64,000 nt of DNA, from the NCBI GenBank assembly GCA_965367085.1, contig CBDUHF010000004.1, forward strand, positions 40,996 to 104,995, written 5' to 3'. Of this stretch, positions 56,276 through 64,000 are shown in pieces. How positions within the stretch are numbered: position 1 is the first letter of the stretch; the number at the start of each line of letters is the position of its first letter. The notes beneath the pieces were generated by a model. The model made no database searches and was not told where the DNA came from. It worked only from the letters and a program-made list of their open reading frames with translations. The translations under genes were made by a program, and so were the position numbers. The stretch comes from an uncultured Polaribacter sp. (GTDB lineage: Bacteria > Bacteroidota > Bacteroidia > Flavobacteriales > Flavobacteriaceae).

Positions 56276-58132
56276 CTACTCTACAGTAACAGATTTTGCT
56301 AAATTTCTTGGTTGATCTACATTCTTATCTAACATTACAGCTATATGATAAGATAACAATTGAAACGGAATTGTAGTTAACAATGGTGTTAACGCTTCTT
56401 CAGTTTCTGGTATTTCAATTACATGATCTGCAATTTCTTTTACTTGTGTATCTCCTTCTGTAACAATTGCAATAATTTTTCCAGCTCTAGATTTTATTTC
56501 CTGAATGTTACTAACTACTTTTTCATAATGTCCTTTATTTGTTGCAATAACAAATATTGGCATATTTTCATCAATCAAAGCAATTGGTCCGTGTTTCATT
56601 TCTGCAGCAGGATACCCTTCAGCATGAATATAAGATATTTCTTTTAACTTTAAAGCTCCTTCTAAAGCAACTGGAAAATTAAAACCTCTTCCTAAATACA
56701 AACAATTTTTAGCATCCTTATAAACAGCGGCAATTTCTTTTACTTTCTCATCTATTTTTAAAAGAGCTTCTACTTTTGCAGTTATTAATTGCATTTTTTG
56801 TAAGTATGTTCTTAAATCTGATTTAGAAAGTTCTCCTTTCTTTGATGCTAATTTAAACGCTATTAAGGTTAAAACTGTTATTTGTGTTGTAAATGCTTTT
56901 GTTGATGCAACACCAATTTCTGGTCCTGCATGTGTGTAAGCACCTGCATCTGTTTCTCTAGCGATAGATGAACCAACAACATTACAAATTCCAAAAACAA
57001 AAGCTCCTTTAGATTTTGCTAATTTTATTGCTGCTAATGTATCTGCAGTTTCTCCAGATTGAGAAATTGCAATTACAACATCTTTGGGTGTAATAATTGG
57101 GTTTCTATATCTAAATTCAGAAGCATATTCTACTTCAACAGGAATTCTTGAAAACTCTTCTATAAGATACTCTCCAACTAGACCAGCATGCCAAGAAGTT
57201 CCACAAGCAACAATTATAATTCTTTCTGCATTTAAGAATTTATTCATGTGGTTGTCTATACCTGCCATTCTTATAATTCCTTCATCAGCTATCATTCTTC
57301 CTCTGTAAGTATCAATAATAGCTTTAGGCTGTTCATGAATTTCTTTAAGCATAAAATGATCGTAACCACCTTTTTCAATTTGCTCTAAACTCATTTTTAG
57401 TTTTTGAACATTTGCATCTACTAAAGAATCATCTTTTATTTTATGAACTTTTATCCCTTTATTTAATTTTATAATTGCCATTTCTTCATCTTCTAAATAA
57501 ATAGCATCTTTAGTATATTCAATAAATGGCGATGCATCTGAGGCAATAAAAAACTCTGAATTATCTTTTCCTACACCAATTGCTATTGGGCTCCCTAAAC
57601 GAGCTACAACAATTTCATTTGGCTTTGTTTTATCGAACACAGCAATTGCATAGGCTCCAATTACATTATTTAAGGCCAATTGAACGGCTTTACCTAACAT
57701 ACAACCCTCTTGTTTTTTAACTTCTTCAATTAAATTAACAAGAACTTCAGTATCTGTATCACTTTGAAAAACATACCCTCTGGTAATTAACTCTTTTCTT
57801 AAGCTATCATAATTTTCTATAATTCCATTATGAACAATAACTAAATCTCCAGATTGAGAAAAATGTGGGTGAGAATTCACATCATTAGGAACTCCATGAG
57901 TTGCCCATCGAGTGTGACCCATTCCTATATTTCCTTTTTTTCTTTCTTCTTCTTTATTTGTAATTAATTCAAGGTCTGAAACTTTTCCTTTTGTTTTAGA
58001 TAAATGTATTTTTTTTCCATCAAACATCATTATCCCAGCACTATCATAACCTCGGTACTCTAATCTTTTTAAACCGTTAATTACAATTGGGTAAGCGTCT
58101 CTAAAACCAATATAACCTGTAATTCCGCACAT
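56276..58132 (-). CDS. glmS: Glutamine--fructose-6-phosphate aminotransferase
   Basis: 618 aa with N-terminal MCGITGYIG, SIS domains and the C-terminal ...LAKSVTVE. Confidence 0.95.
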   Translation of the reverse strand: MCGITGYIGFRDAYPIVINGLKRLEYRGYDSAGIMMFDGKKIHLSKTKGKVSDLELITNKEEERKKGNIGMGHTRWATHGVPNDVNSHPHFSQSGDLVIVHNGIIENYDSLRKELITRGYVFQSDTDTEVLVNLIEEVKKQEGCMLGKAVQLALNNVIGAYAIAVFDKTKPNEIVVARLGSPIAIGVGKDNSEFFIASDASPFIEYTKDAIYLEDEEMAIIKLNKGIKVHKIKDDSLVDANVQKLKMSLEQIEKGGYDHFMLKEIHEQPKAIIDTYRGRMIADEGIIRMAGIDNHMNKFLNAERIIIVACGTSWHAGLVGEYLIEEFSRIPVEVEYASEFRYRNPIITPKDVVIAISQSGETADTLAAIKLAKSKGAFVFGICNVVGSSIARETDAGAYTHAGPEIGVASTKAFTTQITVLTLIAFKLASKKGELSKSDLRTYLQKMQLITAKVEALLKIDEKVKEIAAVYKDAKNCLYLGRGFNFPVALEGALKLKEISYIHAEGYPAAEMKHGPIALIDENMPIFVIATNKGHYEKVVSNIQEIKSRAGKIIAIVTEGDTQVKEIADHVIEIPETEEALTPLLTTIPFQLLSYHIAVMLDKNVDQPRNLAKSVTVE

Positions 58133-58157
58133 AACAATTTTAATTTAAGTTAATCTA

Positions 58158-59726
58158 TTAATTCTTTCTCTCTGAATATGAAATCTTCAATTGAGCTCTT
58201 CTAGTGCCATTTAAAGTTTCATCATGATTCAATATTGTAACAGCTTTTGGACTCCAATTATAATTTTTATAAATTGTATCAGAAATTGGAGTGTCTGAAG
58301 TATTAAATACTTTTAATCTTAATTCTGGTGAGTAATCTGTTTCACCACTTAATAAATCAGAGATATAATCTGTAATTTTAAATGTATATTTATTTGGATT
58401 ATCACTTTCATTCTCTAAAGCACCTCCAAAGAAAGATTGCTCAGAATAGCTATCTTTAACATGACTTAAATTAGTTCCTCCTCCATTTTTGTATAAAAAC
58501 AAATTATTTGGCACAATAGTTATGTCTGAAGATTGATTTACATAAAAAGTTAGTGCAGCATCATTAATCAACCAATTTTTATTTCTTAAATCAGTAAGCT
58601 CAGTCCCATTTAAAATTTTAACAGTTGCTTCGCTACCTGCAAGACCTTGTAATTTTACTTCATTATTTGAAGGATACACTTTATCTGTCATTTTAAATGA
58701 ATTATTTACAATTCCAGATAATTGAAAAGAACGGTTTCTAGTAAACACTGTATCTATAGTGCCATTTCTTAAAAAAGTATTCGTATAATAAATTTCGATA
58801 GATGGGTTTAATGTTGAAGATGTATTGCTAAAATCAAAGCCGATTAATGAACCTCCTTTTTCACCAGAAGCGTGAGTTTTCTCTTTAGCTTCTATCGTAA
58901 TTCCTCTAAAATAATTATTAAAAACATCTTGAGAAGCAAAATTATCACCTCCAAAATTATCTAAGAAAACATTTTGCCCAAAGCTCTTCTTTAATGGAAT
59001 AAAAGCTATAGGTAAAGGTAAGTTTGCATTTGAAGTTGTAGTGTATTTTACAGTATCAGTGGCGTATAAATTACCATCATTAGTTCTTCTTTTTATTATC
59101 ATTAACGTATCATTTACACTTGGAGTAAAATCAATATCAGCTAATTCATTTAATTGAATTCCTTTATTTTGATACGTAGCATTTGACAAGTATTGATTTA
59201 CTTTTGTAGGATCTGTTTGATTTAATCTACTCAAATAAGTATCTAATTCATAAACATTTAATGTAAATGGTAACTCCTGGTTTCCAATTACAGAATCTAA
59301 CTCATAAATTGGTCTGGTTGTATTTGATATTAATGTAGCTTGATAAGGTAGTTTAATAAAAACTGTATCTATAGTAGTAACAACTTCTAAATTATCTGGA
59401 TTATCATAAGTAACTAGTTCTGAACTCGCATTTATTGCAACTTGAGATATTATAGATGCTTCTACACTTTCATAATCATCATTTACATAATTACCTAATA
59501 AATATTGATCTTGTAATCCACCTGTAAGACTTAGTCCATCTGCAATAACACTTTCTACTGGTGCATTTGTAACTAGAACTTCTAAAATTGTGTCTTTTGT
59601 TGAAAATTTCGAATTTCCAATAATACTTGTTCCTATATCTGTAAAGTCTTTTTCACAAGAAATAATTCCTGAAAAAATTAAAAACAAAACACCTACATAA
59701 ACGCTTTTTCTAATAATATTTCTCAC
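58158..59726 (-). CDS. Lipoprotein, DUF4270-like
   Basis: 522 aa with lipobox SGIISC. The conserved position between the short glgA-like gene and glmS is recalled from Bacteroidetes genomes. Confidence 0.5.
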   Translation of the reverse strand: MRNIIRKSVYVGVLFLIFSGIISCEKDFTDIGTSIIGNSKFSTKDTILEVLVTNAPVESVIADGLSLTGGLQDQYLLGNYVNDDYESVEASIISQVAINASSELVTYDNPDNLEVVTTIDTVFIKLPYQATLISNTTRPIYELDSVIGNQELPFTLNVYELDTYLSRLNQTDPTKVNQYLSNATYQNKGIQLNELADIDFTPSVNDTLMIIKRRTNDGNLYATDTVKYTTTSNANLPLPIAFIPLKKSFGQNVFLDNFGGDNFASQDVFNNYFRGITIEAKEKTHASGEKGGSLIGFDFSNTSSTLNPSIEIYYTNTFLRNGTIDTVFTRNRSFQLSGIVNNSFKMTDKVYPSNNEVKLQGLAGSEATVKILNGTELTDLRNKNWLINDAALTFYVNQSSDITIVPNNLFLYKNGGGTNLSHVKDSYSEQSFFGGALENESDNPNKYTFKITDYISDLLSGETDYSPELRLKVFNTSDTPISDTIYKNYNWSPKAVTILNHDETLNGTRRAQLKISYSERKN

Positions 59727-59736
59727 TATAAAATAA

Positions 59737-60546
59737 TTAATTAGCCGGAATTAAATCGGCATAAAAATTTAAATAATTTTCTTTTAAGTTCTCTGGTTCG
59801 TATTCTAATACTGGTATCTCTCTTTCTTTAATAAAAGATGATAACTCATCAGAAATAGTTTCGCTACCATGAATAATTGCATCAGAATTTTCTATGGCGC
59901 TTTTTAATATATTAGTGTGATTAGGTGTTTTAATTGTTGCAATTTTTTCATCTTTAATCATGTCAAATTTAACCTTATTTGCTAAATCTTCATTTAAAGT
60001 TCCTTCGAAACCACTATTGTAAATAGATGTTACAATCTTACTTTCTGTAAACAAAGGCTCTTCTTTATAAAACTCTTTTAAATAAAGAGGTAATAAAGAT
60101 GCTAACCATCCATGAACATGAATAATATCTGGAGCCCAATTTAATTTTTTTACAGTTTCTACAACTCCTTTTGCAAAGAAAATTGCACGCTCATCATTGT
60201 CAGAAAACAATTGATCATCTTCATCTGTAAAAACGGCTTTTCGTTTAAAATATTCTTCGTTATCAATAAAATAAACTTGCATTCTTTCTTTTGGTATAGA
60301 AGCAACTTTTATAATAAGTGGCATGTCCATATCATTTACAATAAGGTTCATTCCAGATAAACGAATAACCTCATGTAATTGATGTCTTCGCTCATTAATT
60401 ACACCATATCTTGGCATAAAAATTCTAGTTTGAACTCCTTTTGAATGTGCATTTTTTGCTGCTTGAAAAGCAGTTAACGATAATTCTGTTTCTGGTAAAT
60501 AAGGAACTACTTCCGATGAAACAAATAATATTCTCTTGTCCTTCAT
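59737..60546 (-). CDS. Glycogen/starch synthase N-terminal-domain-only protein (GT5-like, truncated type)
   Basis: 269 aa. ILFVSSEVVPY... and DIIHVHGWLASLLPLYLK resemble the N-terminal half of GlgA. There is no C-terminal Rossmann domain and no KTGGL motif. Confidence 0.7.
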   Translation of the reverse strand: MKDKRILFVSSEVVPYLPETELSLTAFQAAKNAHSKGVQTRIFMPRYGVINERRHQLHEVIRLSGMNLIVNDMDMPLIIKVASIPKERMQVYFIDNEEYFKRKAVFTDEDDQLFSDNDERAIFFAKGVVETVKKLNWAPDIIHVHGWLASLLPLYLKEFYKEEPLFTESKIVTSIYNSGFEGTLNEDLANKVKFDMIKDEKIATIKTPNHTNILKSAIENSDAIIHGSETISDELSSFIKEREIPVLEYEPENLKENYLNFYADLIPAN

Positions 60547-60572
60547 TAAATCAATCTCTTTTATAAGAAGCG

Positions 60573-60580
60573 CAAAAATA
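60573..60580 (-). promoter_or_regulatory. -7 promoter box (TATTTTTG on - strand) for the glgA-like operon
   Basis: CAAAAATA on the + strand, 26 nt upstream of the start. Confidence 0.4.
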
Positions 60581-60612
60581 CAAATTATTATGCTAATATC
60601 GTGTTAAAATGG

Positions 60613-60620
60613 TAAGTTTG
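60613..60620 (+). promoter_or_regulatory. -7 promoter box (TAAGTTTG) for panC
   Basis: Perfect TAnnTTTG, 23 nt before ATG 60644. Confidence 0.45.
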
Positions 60621-60643
60621 CAGACTTTACTTAATTTTTAGGG

Positions 60644-61492
60644 ATGAATATTTTTACCAATAAACAAGAATTAAAATCTTATTTAGCAACTCAAAAAGAG
60701 AAAAACCAATCTGTAGGTTTTGTTCCTACAATGGGAGCATTACACGAAGGTCATTTGTCTCTTATTAAAAAAGCAAAGAAAAAAAATGACATTGTAGTTG
60801 TTAGTATTTTTGTAAATCCAACTCAGTTTGACAACAAAGAAGATTTGGTAAAATATCCTAAAACGTTAGAAAACGATACTAAATTATTAGAAAGCGTTTC
60901 TTGCAATGTTCTATTTTTTCCTTCCGTGGAAGAAATTTATGCAGAAAATGTTACCTCAGAAAAATTTGATTTTGATGGATTAGAACATCAAATGGAAGGA
61001 AAATTTAGAGATGGTCATTTTGATGGAGTTGGTACAATTGTAAAAACACTTTTTGAAATTGTAGAACCTAAAAGAGCTTATTTTGGGCAAAAAGATTTTC
61101 AGCAATTACAAATCATCAAAAAAATGGTGAACAAAAATCGCCTTCCTGTAAAAATTAAAGGATGTCCTATTTTTAGAGAAAAAGATGGATTAGCAATGAG
61201 TTCTAGAAATACACGCTTAACAAAAGAACAAAGAAAGATAGCTCCTTTTATATATAAAACACTAAAAAAAGTACGTAGAAAATTTGGCACAGAAAATGCT
61301 AATACTATAAACGAATGGGTAGCAAATCAATTTAAAAAGCAATCACTTTTAGATTTAGAATATTTTACTATTGCTGAAGAAAAAACACTAGAAACAATAG
61401 AAAACAAAGAATCTAACAAAAAATACCGTGCTTTTATTGCGGTTTATGCAGATAAAATTAGATTGATAGACAACATTCGTTTAAAAAATTAA
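60644..61492 (+). CDS. panC: Pantoate--beta-alanine ligase
   Basis: It has VGFVPTMGALHEGHLSL and FGQKDFQQL. Confidence 0.95.
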   Translation: MNIFTNKQELKSYLATQKEKNQSVGFVPTMGALHEGHLSLIKKAKKKNDIVVVSIFVNPTQFDNKEDLVKYPKTLENDTKLLESVSCNVLFFPSVEEIYAENVTSEKFDFDGLEHQMEGKFRDGHFDGVGTIVKTLFEIVEPKRAYFGQKDFQQLQIIKKMVNKNRLPVKIKGCPIFREKDGLAMSSRNTRLTKEQRKIAPFIYKTLKKVRRKFGTENANTINEWVANQFKKQSLLDLEYFTIAEEKTLETIENKESNKKYRAFIAVYADKIRLIDNIRLKN

Positions 61493-61507
61493 TAACCAAA
61501 AAAATAC

Positions 61508-61515
61508 TATTTTTG
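61508..61515 (+). promoter_or_regulatory. -7 promoter box (TATTTTTG), 4 nt from the panD ATG
   Basis: TATTTTTGCCATATG has the same geometry as the deoC and DUF3109 starts. Confidence 0.4.
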
Positions 61516-61519
61516 CCAT

Positions 61520-61870
61520 ATGTTAGTACAAGTTGTAAAATCAAAAATCCACCGAGTAAAAGTTACAGGTGCAGATTTAAATTATATAGGAAGCATTACC
61601 ATTGATGAAGATTTAATGGATGCAGCCAACATTATTGAAGGAGAACGTGTTCAAATTGTGAATAACAACAATGGAGAGCGTTTAGAAACATATGCTATTC
61701 CAGGTCCTCGTGGAAGTGGAGAAATCACATTAAACGGAGCAGCAGCCAGAAAAGTTGCTGTAAATGATGTTTTAATCTTAATCGTTTATGGATTCATGGA
61801 CTTTGAAGAAGCAAAAAACTTTAAACCATCTTTAGTTTTTCCTAACGAAAAAGATAATACACTTACATAG
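61520..61870 (+). CDS. panD: Aspartate 1-decarboxylase
   Basis: It has [23 protein letters not shown], with the Gly-Ser self-processing site. Confidence 0.95.
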   Translation: MLVQVVKSKIHRVKVTGADLNYIGSITIDEDLMDAANIIEGERVQIVNNNNGERLETYAIPGPRGSGEITLNGAAARKVAVNDVLILIVYGFMDFEEAKNFKPSLVFPNEKDNTLT

Positions 61871-61872
61871 GT

Positions 61873-62817
61873 TTGAATATCAAAAAGATTTTAAAAATTA
61901 TATTACCTCTCGTTTTGGGAGGTTTTTTAGTTTGGTATTCTATCTCTAAAATTTCTGTCGATGTTTTAATTGGCTACTTTAAAGAAGCAAAATATGGCTG
62001 GATTGCTCTTGGGCTTTTCTTCGGTATTTTAAGTCATCTTTCTAGAGCTTACAGATGGAAATTTATGCTAGCGCCTTTAGGTTTTAAACCAAAATTTACA
62101 AACAGTGTTTTAGCAGTTTTAGTTGGTTATTTAGTAAACTTAGCATTGCCTAGAGCAGGTGAAGTTTCTAGAGCAGCAGTAATGGCAAATTATGAAGAAA
62201 TTCCTTTCGAAAAAGGATTTGGAACCATCGTTGCAGAAAGAATTGCAGATTTAATAATGATGTTATGTATCATCACAATTACACTTTTTGTTCAGTTCGA
62301 TTTTATCTACGAACTTCTAACAAAAAACTTTAATCCAACAAAAATAATTATTGGCTTAGCAATTGTAATTATTGGTTTTTACATACTTACATCATTTGTA
62401 AAAAAAGCAAAAAAAGGATTTTTACTAAAAATTAAAACTTTTGTTACTGGTTTAGTAGAGGGTGTCACAAGCATCTTTAAGATGAAAAATAAATGGGCAT
62501 TTATTTTTCACACCGTATTTATTTGGGCAATGTATGTAGCCATGTTTTGGGCAACAATTCCTGCAATTGAAGGCTTAAACGTTCCTTTTGGCGGAATTTT
62601 AATTGGTTTTATTGCTGGTGGATTTTCTATTGCAGCAACAAATGGCGGAATTGGTTTATACCCAATTGCTGTTGCTGGCGCTTTGGCTTTATTTGATGTT
62701 CCTACAGAACCTGCAACTGCTTTTGGTTGGATTATGTGGACTGCACAAACTGCAATGATTATCGTTTTTGGTGGATTGGCATTTTTATTCTTACCTATTT
62801 ACAATAAAAACAAGTAA
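61873..62817 (+). CDS. Lysylphosphatidylglycerol-synthase-TM-domain-like (UPF0104) membrane protein
   Basis: 314 aa, polytopic, TTG start 2 nt after panD. The family call is from memory of conserved panD-adjacent genes. Confidence 0.5.
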   Translation: MNIKKILKIILPLVLGGFLVWYSISKISVDVLIGYFKEAKYGWIALGLFFGILSHLSRAYRWKFMLAPLGFKPKFTNSVLAVLVGYLVNLALPRAGEVSRAAVMANYEEIPFEKGFGTIVAERIADLIMMLCIITITLFVQFDFIYELLTKNFNPTKIIIGLAIVIIGFYILTSFVKKAKKGFLLKIKTFVTGLVEGVTSIFKMKNKWAFIFHTVFIWAMYVAMFWATIPAIEGLNVPFGGILIGFIAGGFSIAATNGGIGLYPIAVAGALALFDVPTEPATAFGWIMWTAQTAMIIVFGGLAFLFLPIYNKNK

Positions 62818-62820
62818 TTT

Positions 62821-62946
62821 TCGGGCGTTTCTTTATCCTGAAGGAATTCAGGACCAAGTCGCGCTTTCATTACTCGCTTTTTCTTCGTGCTGATAAAAAT
62901 CAGCATTTCAAAAAAGAGCTCAAACATGCCATTCAATCGCTAACGC
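62821..62946. other. GC-enriched structured intergenic element (candidate ncRNA or REP-like repeat)
   Basis: This stretch is visibly more GC-rich than its surroundings. It has two perfect 6-bp hairpins, CCTGAA-GGAA-TTCAGG (62837..62852) and GCTGAT-AAAA-ATCAGC (62889..62904), and ends in ...CATTCAATCGCTAACGC. There is no ORF. Confidence 0.35.
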
Positions 62947-63018
62947 AACTGTTTGCCAACTTTTATAAAAACTATTTTTATATAGAATTTTTAAAAGAAA
63001 AAACTCAAGATTACTTTG

Positions 63019-63026
63019 TAACTTTG
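63019..63026 (+). promoter_or_regulatory. -7 promoter box (TAACTTTG) for radA
   Basis: Perfect TAnnTTTG, 28 nt before ATG 63055. Confidence 0.4.
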
Positions 63027-63054
63027 ATACTTTCAAAACTTGTAACTAAAACAA

Positions 63055-64000
63055 ATGGCTAAAACCAAAACAACTTTTTTCTGTCAGAATTGTGGAACTC
63101 AACATGCAAAATGGGTAGGACAATGTGGCGCTTGTAAAGAATGGAATACTATTGTAGAAGAAGTAATTCAAAAAGAAGAAAAACGTTCTTGGAAACAAGC
63201 AACAACAGCAAAACAAGTTTCAAAACCATTAAAAATTGCTGACATTCAGTTAAATCCAGAAGAACGAGTTGTTACTAACAACAATGAATTAGACACTGTT
63301 CTTGGTGGTGGTTTGGTAAAAGGTTCTGTTACATTGTTGGGTGGAGAACCAGGTATTGGAAAATCGACCTTATTATTACAAGTTGCTTTAAACATCAGCC
63401 AGAAAGTATTATATGTTTCTGGAGAAGAAAGCCAATCTCAAATAAAAATGAGAGCAGAAAGATTAGAAGCTAACAATTCTAACTGTTTAATTCTAACAGA
63501 AACCAACACACAAAATATCTTCAAAAATATTGAAGAAACAGAGCCCGAAGTTTTAGTAATAGATTCTATTCAAACTTTACACACTAGCTCTATAGAAGCT
63601 TCTCCTGGGAGTATTTCTCAAATAAGAGAAACTGCTGCAGAATTAATTAAATACGCCAAAGAAACTGCAACTCCGGTTTTATTAATTGGACACATTAATA
63701 AAGATGGACATATTGCTGGACCAAAAATTTTAGAACACATGGTAGATGTAGTTTTACAATTTGAAGGCGATAGAAATCATACCTACAGAATTTTACGATC
63801 ACAAAAAAATAGATTTGGATCTACATCAGAATTAGGAATTTACGAAATGCTTTCTAACGGATTAAGAGAAATTTCAAATCCATCAGAAATTTTAATTTCT
63901 AAGAAAGATGCTGATTTAAGCGGAACTGCAATTGCCAGTACATTAGAAGGAATTAGACCTTTAATGATAGAGGTACAGGCCTTGGTTTCTACTGCTGTTT
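63055..64000 (+). CDS. radA: DNA repair protein RadA, N-terminal ~315 aa (3' end outside window)
   Basis: It is not in the ORF track because it has no stop in the window. It begins MAKTKTTFFCQNCGTQHAKWVGQCGACKEWNT (zinc ribbon), has Walker A GGEPGIGKST, and contains KNRFG. Confidence 0.9.
   Translation, partial: MAKTKTTFFCQNCGTQHAKWVGQCGACKEWNTIVEEVIQKEEKRSWKQATTAKQVSKPLKIADIQLNPEERVVTNNNELDTVLGGGLVKGSVTLLGGEPGIGKSTLLLQVALNISQKVLYVSGEESQSQIKMRAERLEANNSNCLILTETNTQNIFKNIEETEPEVLVIDSIQTLHTSSIEASPGSISQIRETAAELIKYAKETATPVLLIGHINKDGHIAGPKILEHMVDVVLQFEGDRNHTYRILRSQKNRFGSTSELGIYEMLSNGLREISNPSEILISKKDADLSGTAIASTLEGIRPLMIEVQALVSTAV

Noticed and set aside
58133-58157. A glmS ribozyme could lie upstream of glmS, and a glycine riboswitch upstream of gcvH (35694..35723).
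   Set aside because: The upstream gaps are only 25 and 30 nt, too short for either RNA, and glmS is internal to an operon here.
628-61290. The remaining short ORFs in the track lie inside and antisense to, or out of frame with, long CDSs. They are 628..825, 5245..5439, 5584..5841, 6716..6985, 8939..9124, 12598..12978, 14235..14441, 18021..18221, 18907..19095, 21618..21812, 22944..23156, 24073..24288, 26351..26602, 33453..33662, 37684..37923, 40255..40476, 42171..42443, 42570..42755, 46700..46939, 56423..56647, 57084..57308 and 61099..61290.
   Set aside because: Each is fully embedded in a longer ORF with strong family-level evidence. In AT-rich genomes stop-free antisense stretches of 60-130 codons are expected by chance. 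None shows a motif I recognise.
62821-62946. The GC-rich element could be a tRNA, tmRNA or other standard RNA gene.
   Set aside because: It has no cloverleaf, no GTTCGAATC-type T-arm and no acceptor stem/CCA context. I kept it only as an unclassified structured element.
1-64000. I looked for mobile elements, prophage remnants, toxin-antitoxin pairs, restriction-modification systems, CRISPR-Cas or other defence islands.
   Set aside because: I recognised no transposase, integrase, recombinase, nuclease/helicase defence-type ORFs, terminal inverted repeats or tRNA-flanked islands. The gene content is metabolic, envelope or housekeeping throughout.

Overview
This is a strongly AT-rich chromosomal segment with the hallmarks of a marine Flavobacteriaceae (Bacteroidota) genome. 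It has a SusC/SusD pair, the T9SS/gliding translocon gene sprA, TAnnTTTG-type promoter boxes, no obvious Shine-Dalgarno sequences and many lipoproteins. I count about 50 protein-coding genes. I saw no rRNA/tRNA, no CRISPR array and no transposase, integrase, phage or recognisable defence genes. Left part (1-25.5 kb, all + strand): (i) susC (partial) and susD are followed by an operon of three tandem ~1080-aa VCBS/FG-GAP + UnbV(ASPIC) lipoproteins, a small lipoprotein and a vanadium-haloperoxidase/PAP2-like lipoprotein. This PUL-like unit has no recognisable CAZyme and is my best candidate for an undescribed system. (ii) A SusC/D-independent disaccharide locus follows: GH97, three MFS transporters, a GH37 trehalase with a eukaryote-like Ca-binding N-terminus, a PfkB kinase and an unusually long GH13_18 sucrose-phosphorylase-like enzyme. 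A shared CG-centred palindrome precedes both of its transcription units. Middle: maeB, ruvA, sprA, gcvH, vanZ, small membrane/stress genes, tsaB and tolC. 41-46 kb (- strand): a cytochrome oxidase accessory cluster with cyoE, two subunit III genes, subunit IV, a degenerate SCO paralog, SCO, DUF420 and a small CxxC membrane protein. The remainder holds a RemB/Wzi-like barrel with an N-terminal TonB-C-like module, a WbpD-like acetyltransferase, deoC and three dispersed TonB-like paralogs. It also holds a LytTR two-component system with a 21-nt-phased direct repeat upstream, a truncated-glgA/DUF4270/glmS operon, panC, panD, a GC-rich structured intergenic element and partial radA. All functional calls come from reading the translated ORFs and recalled family motifs; none was verified by a database search.
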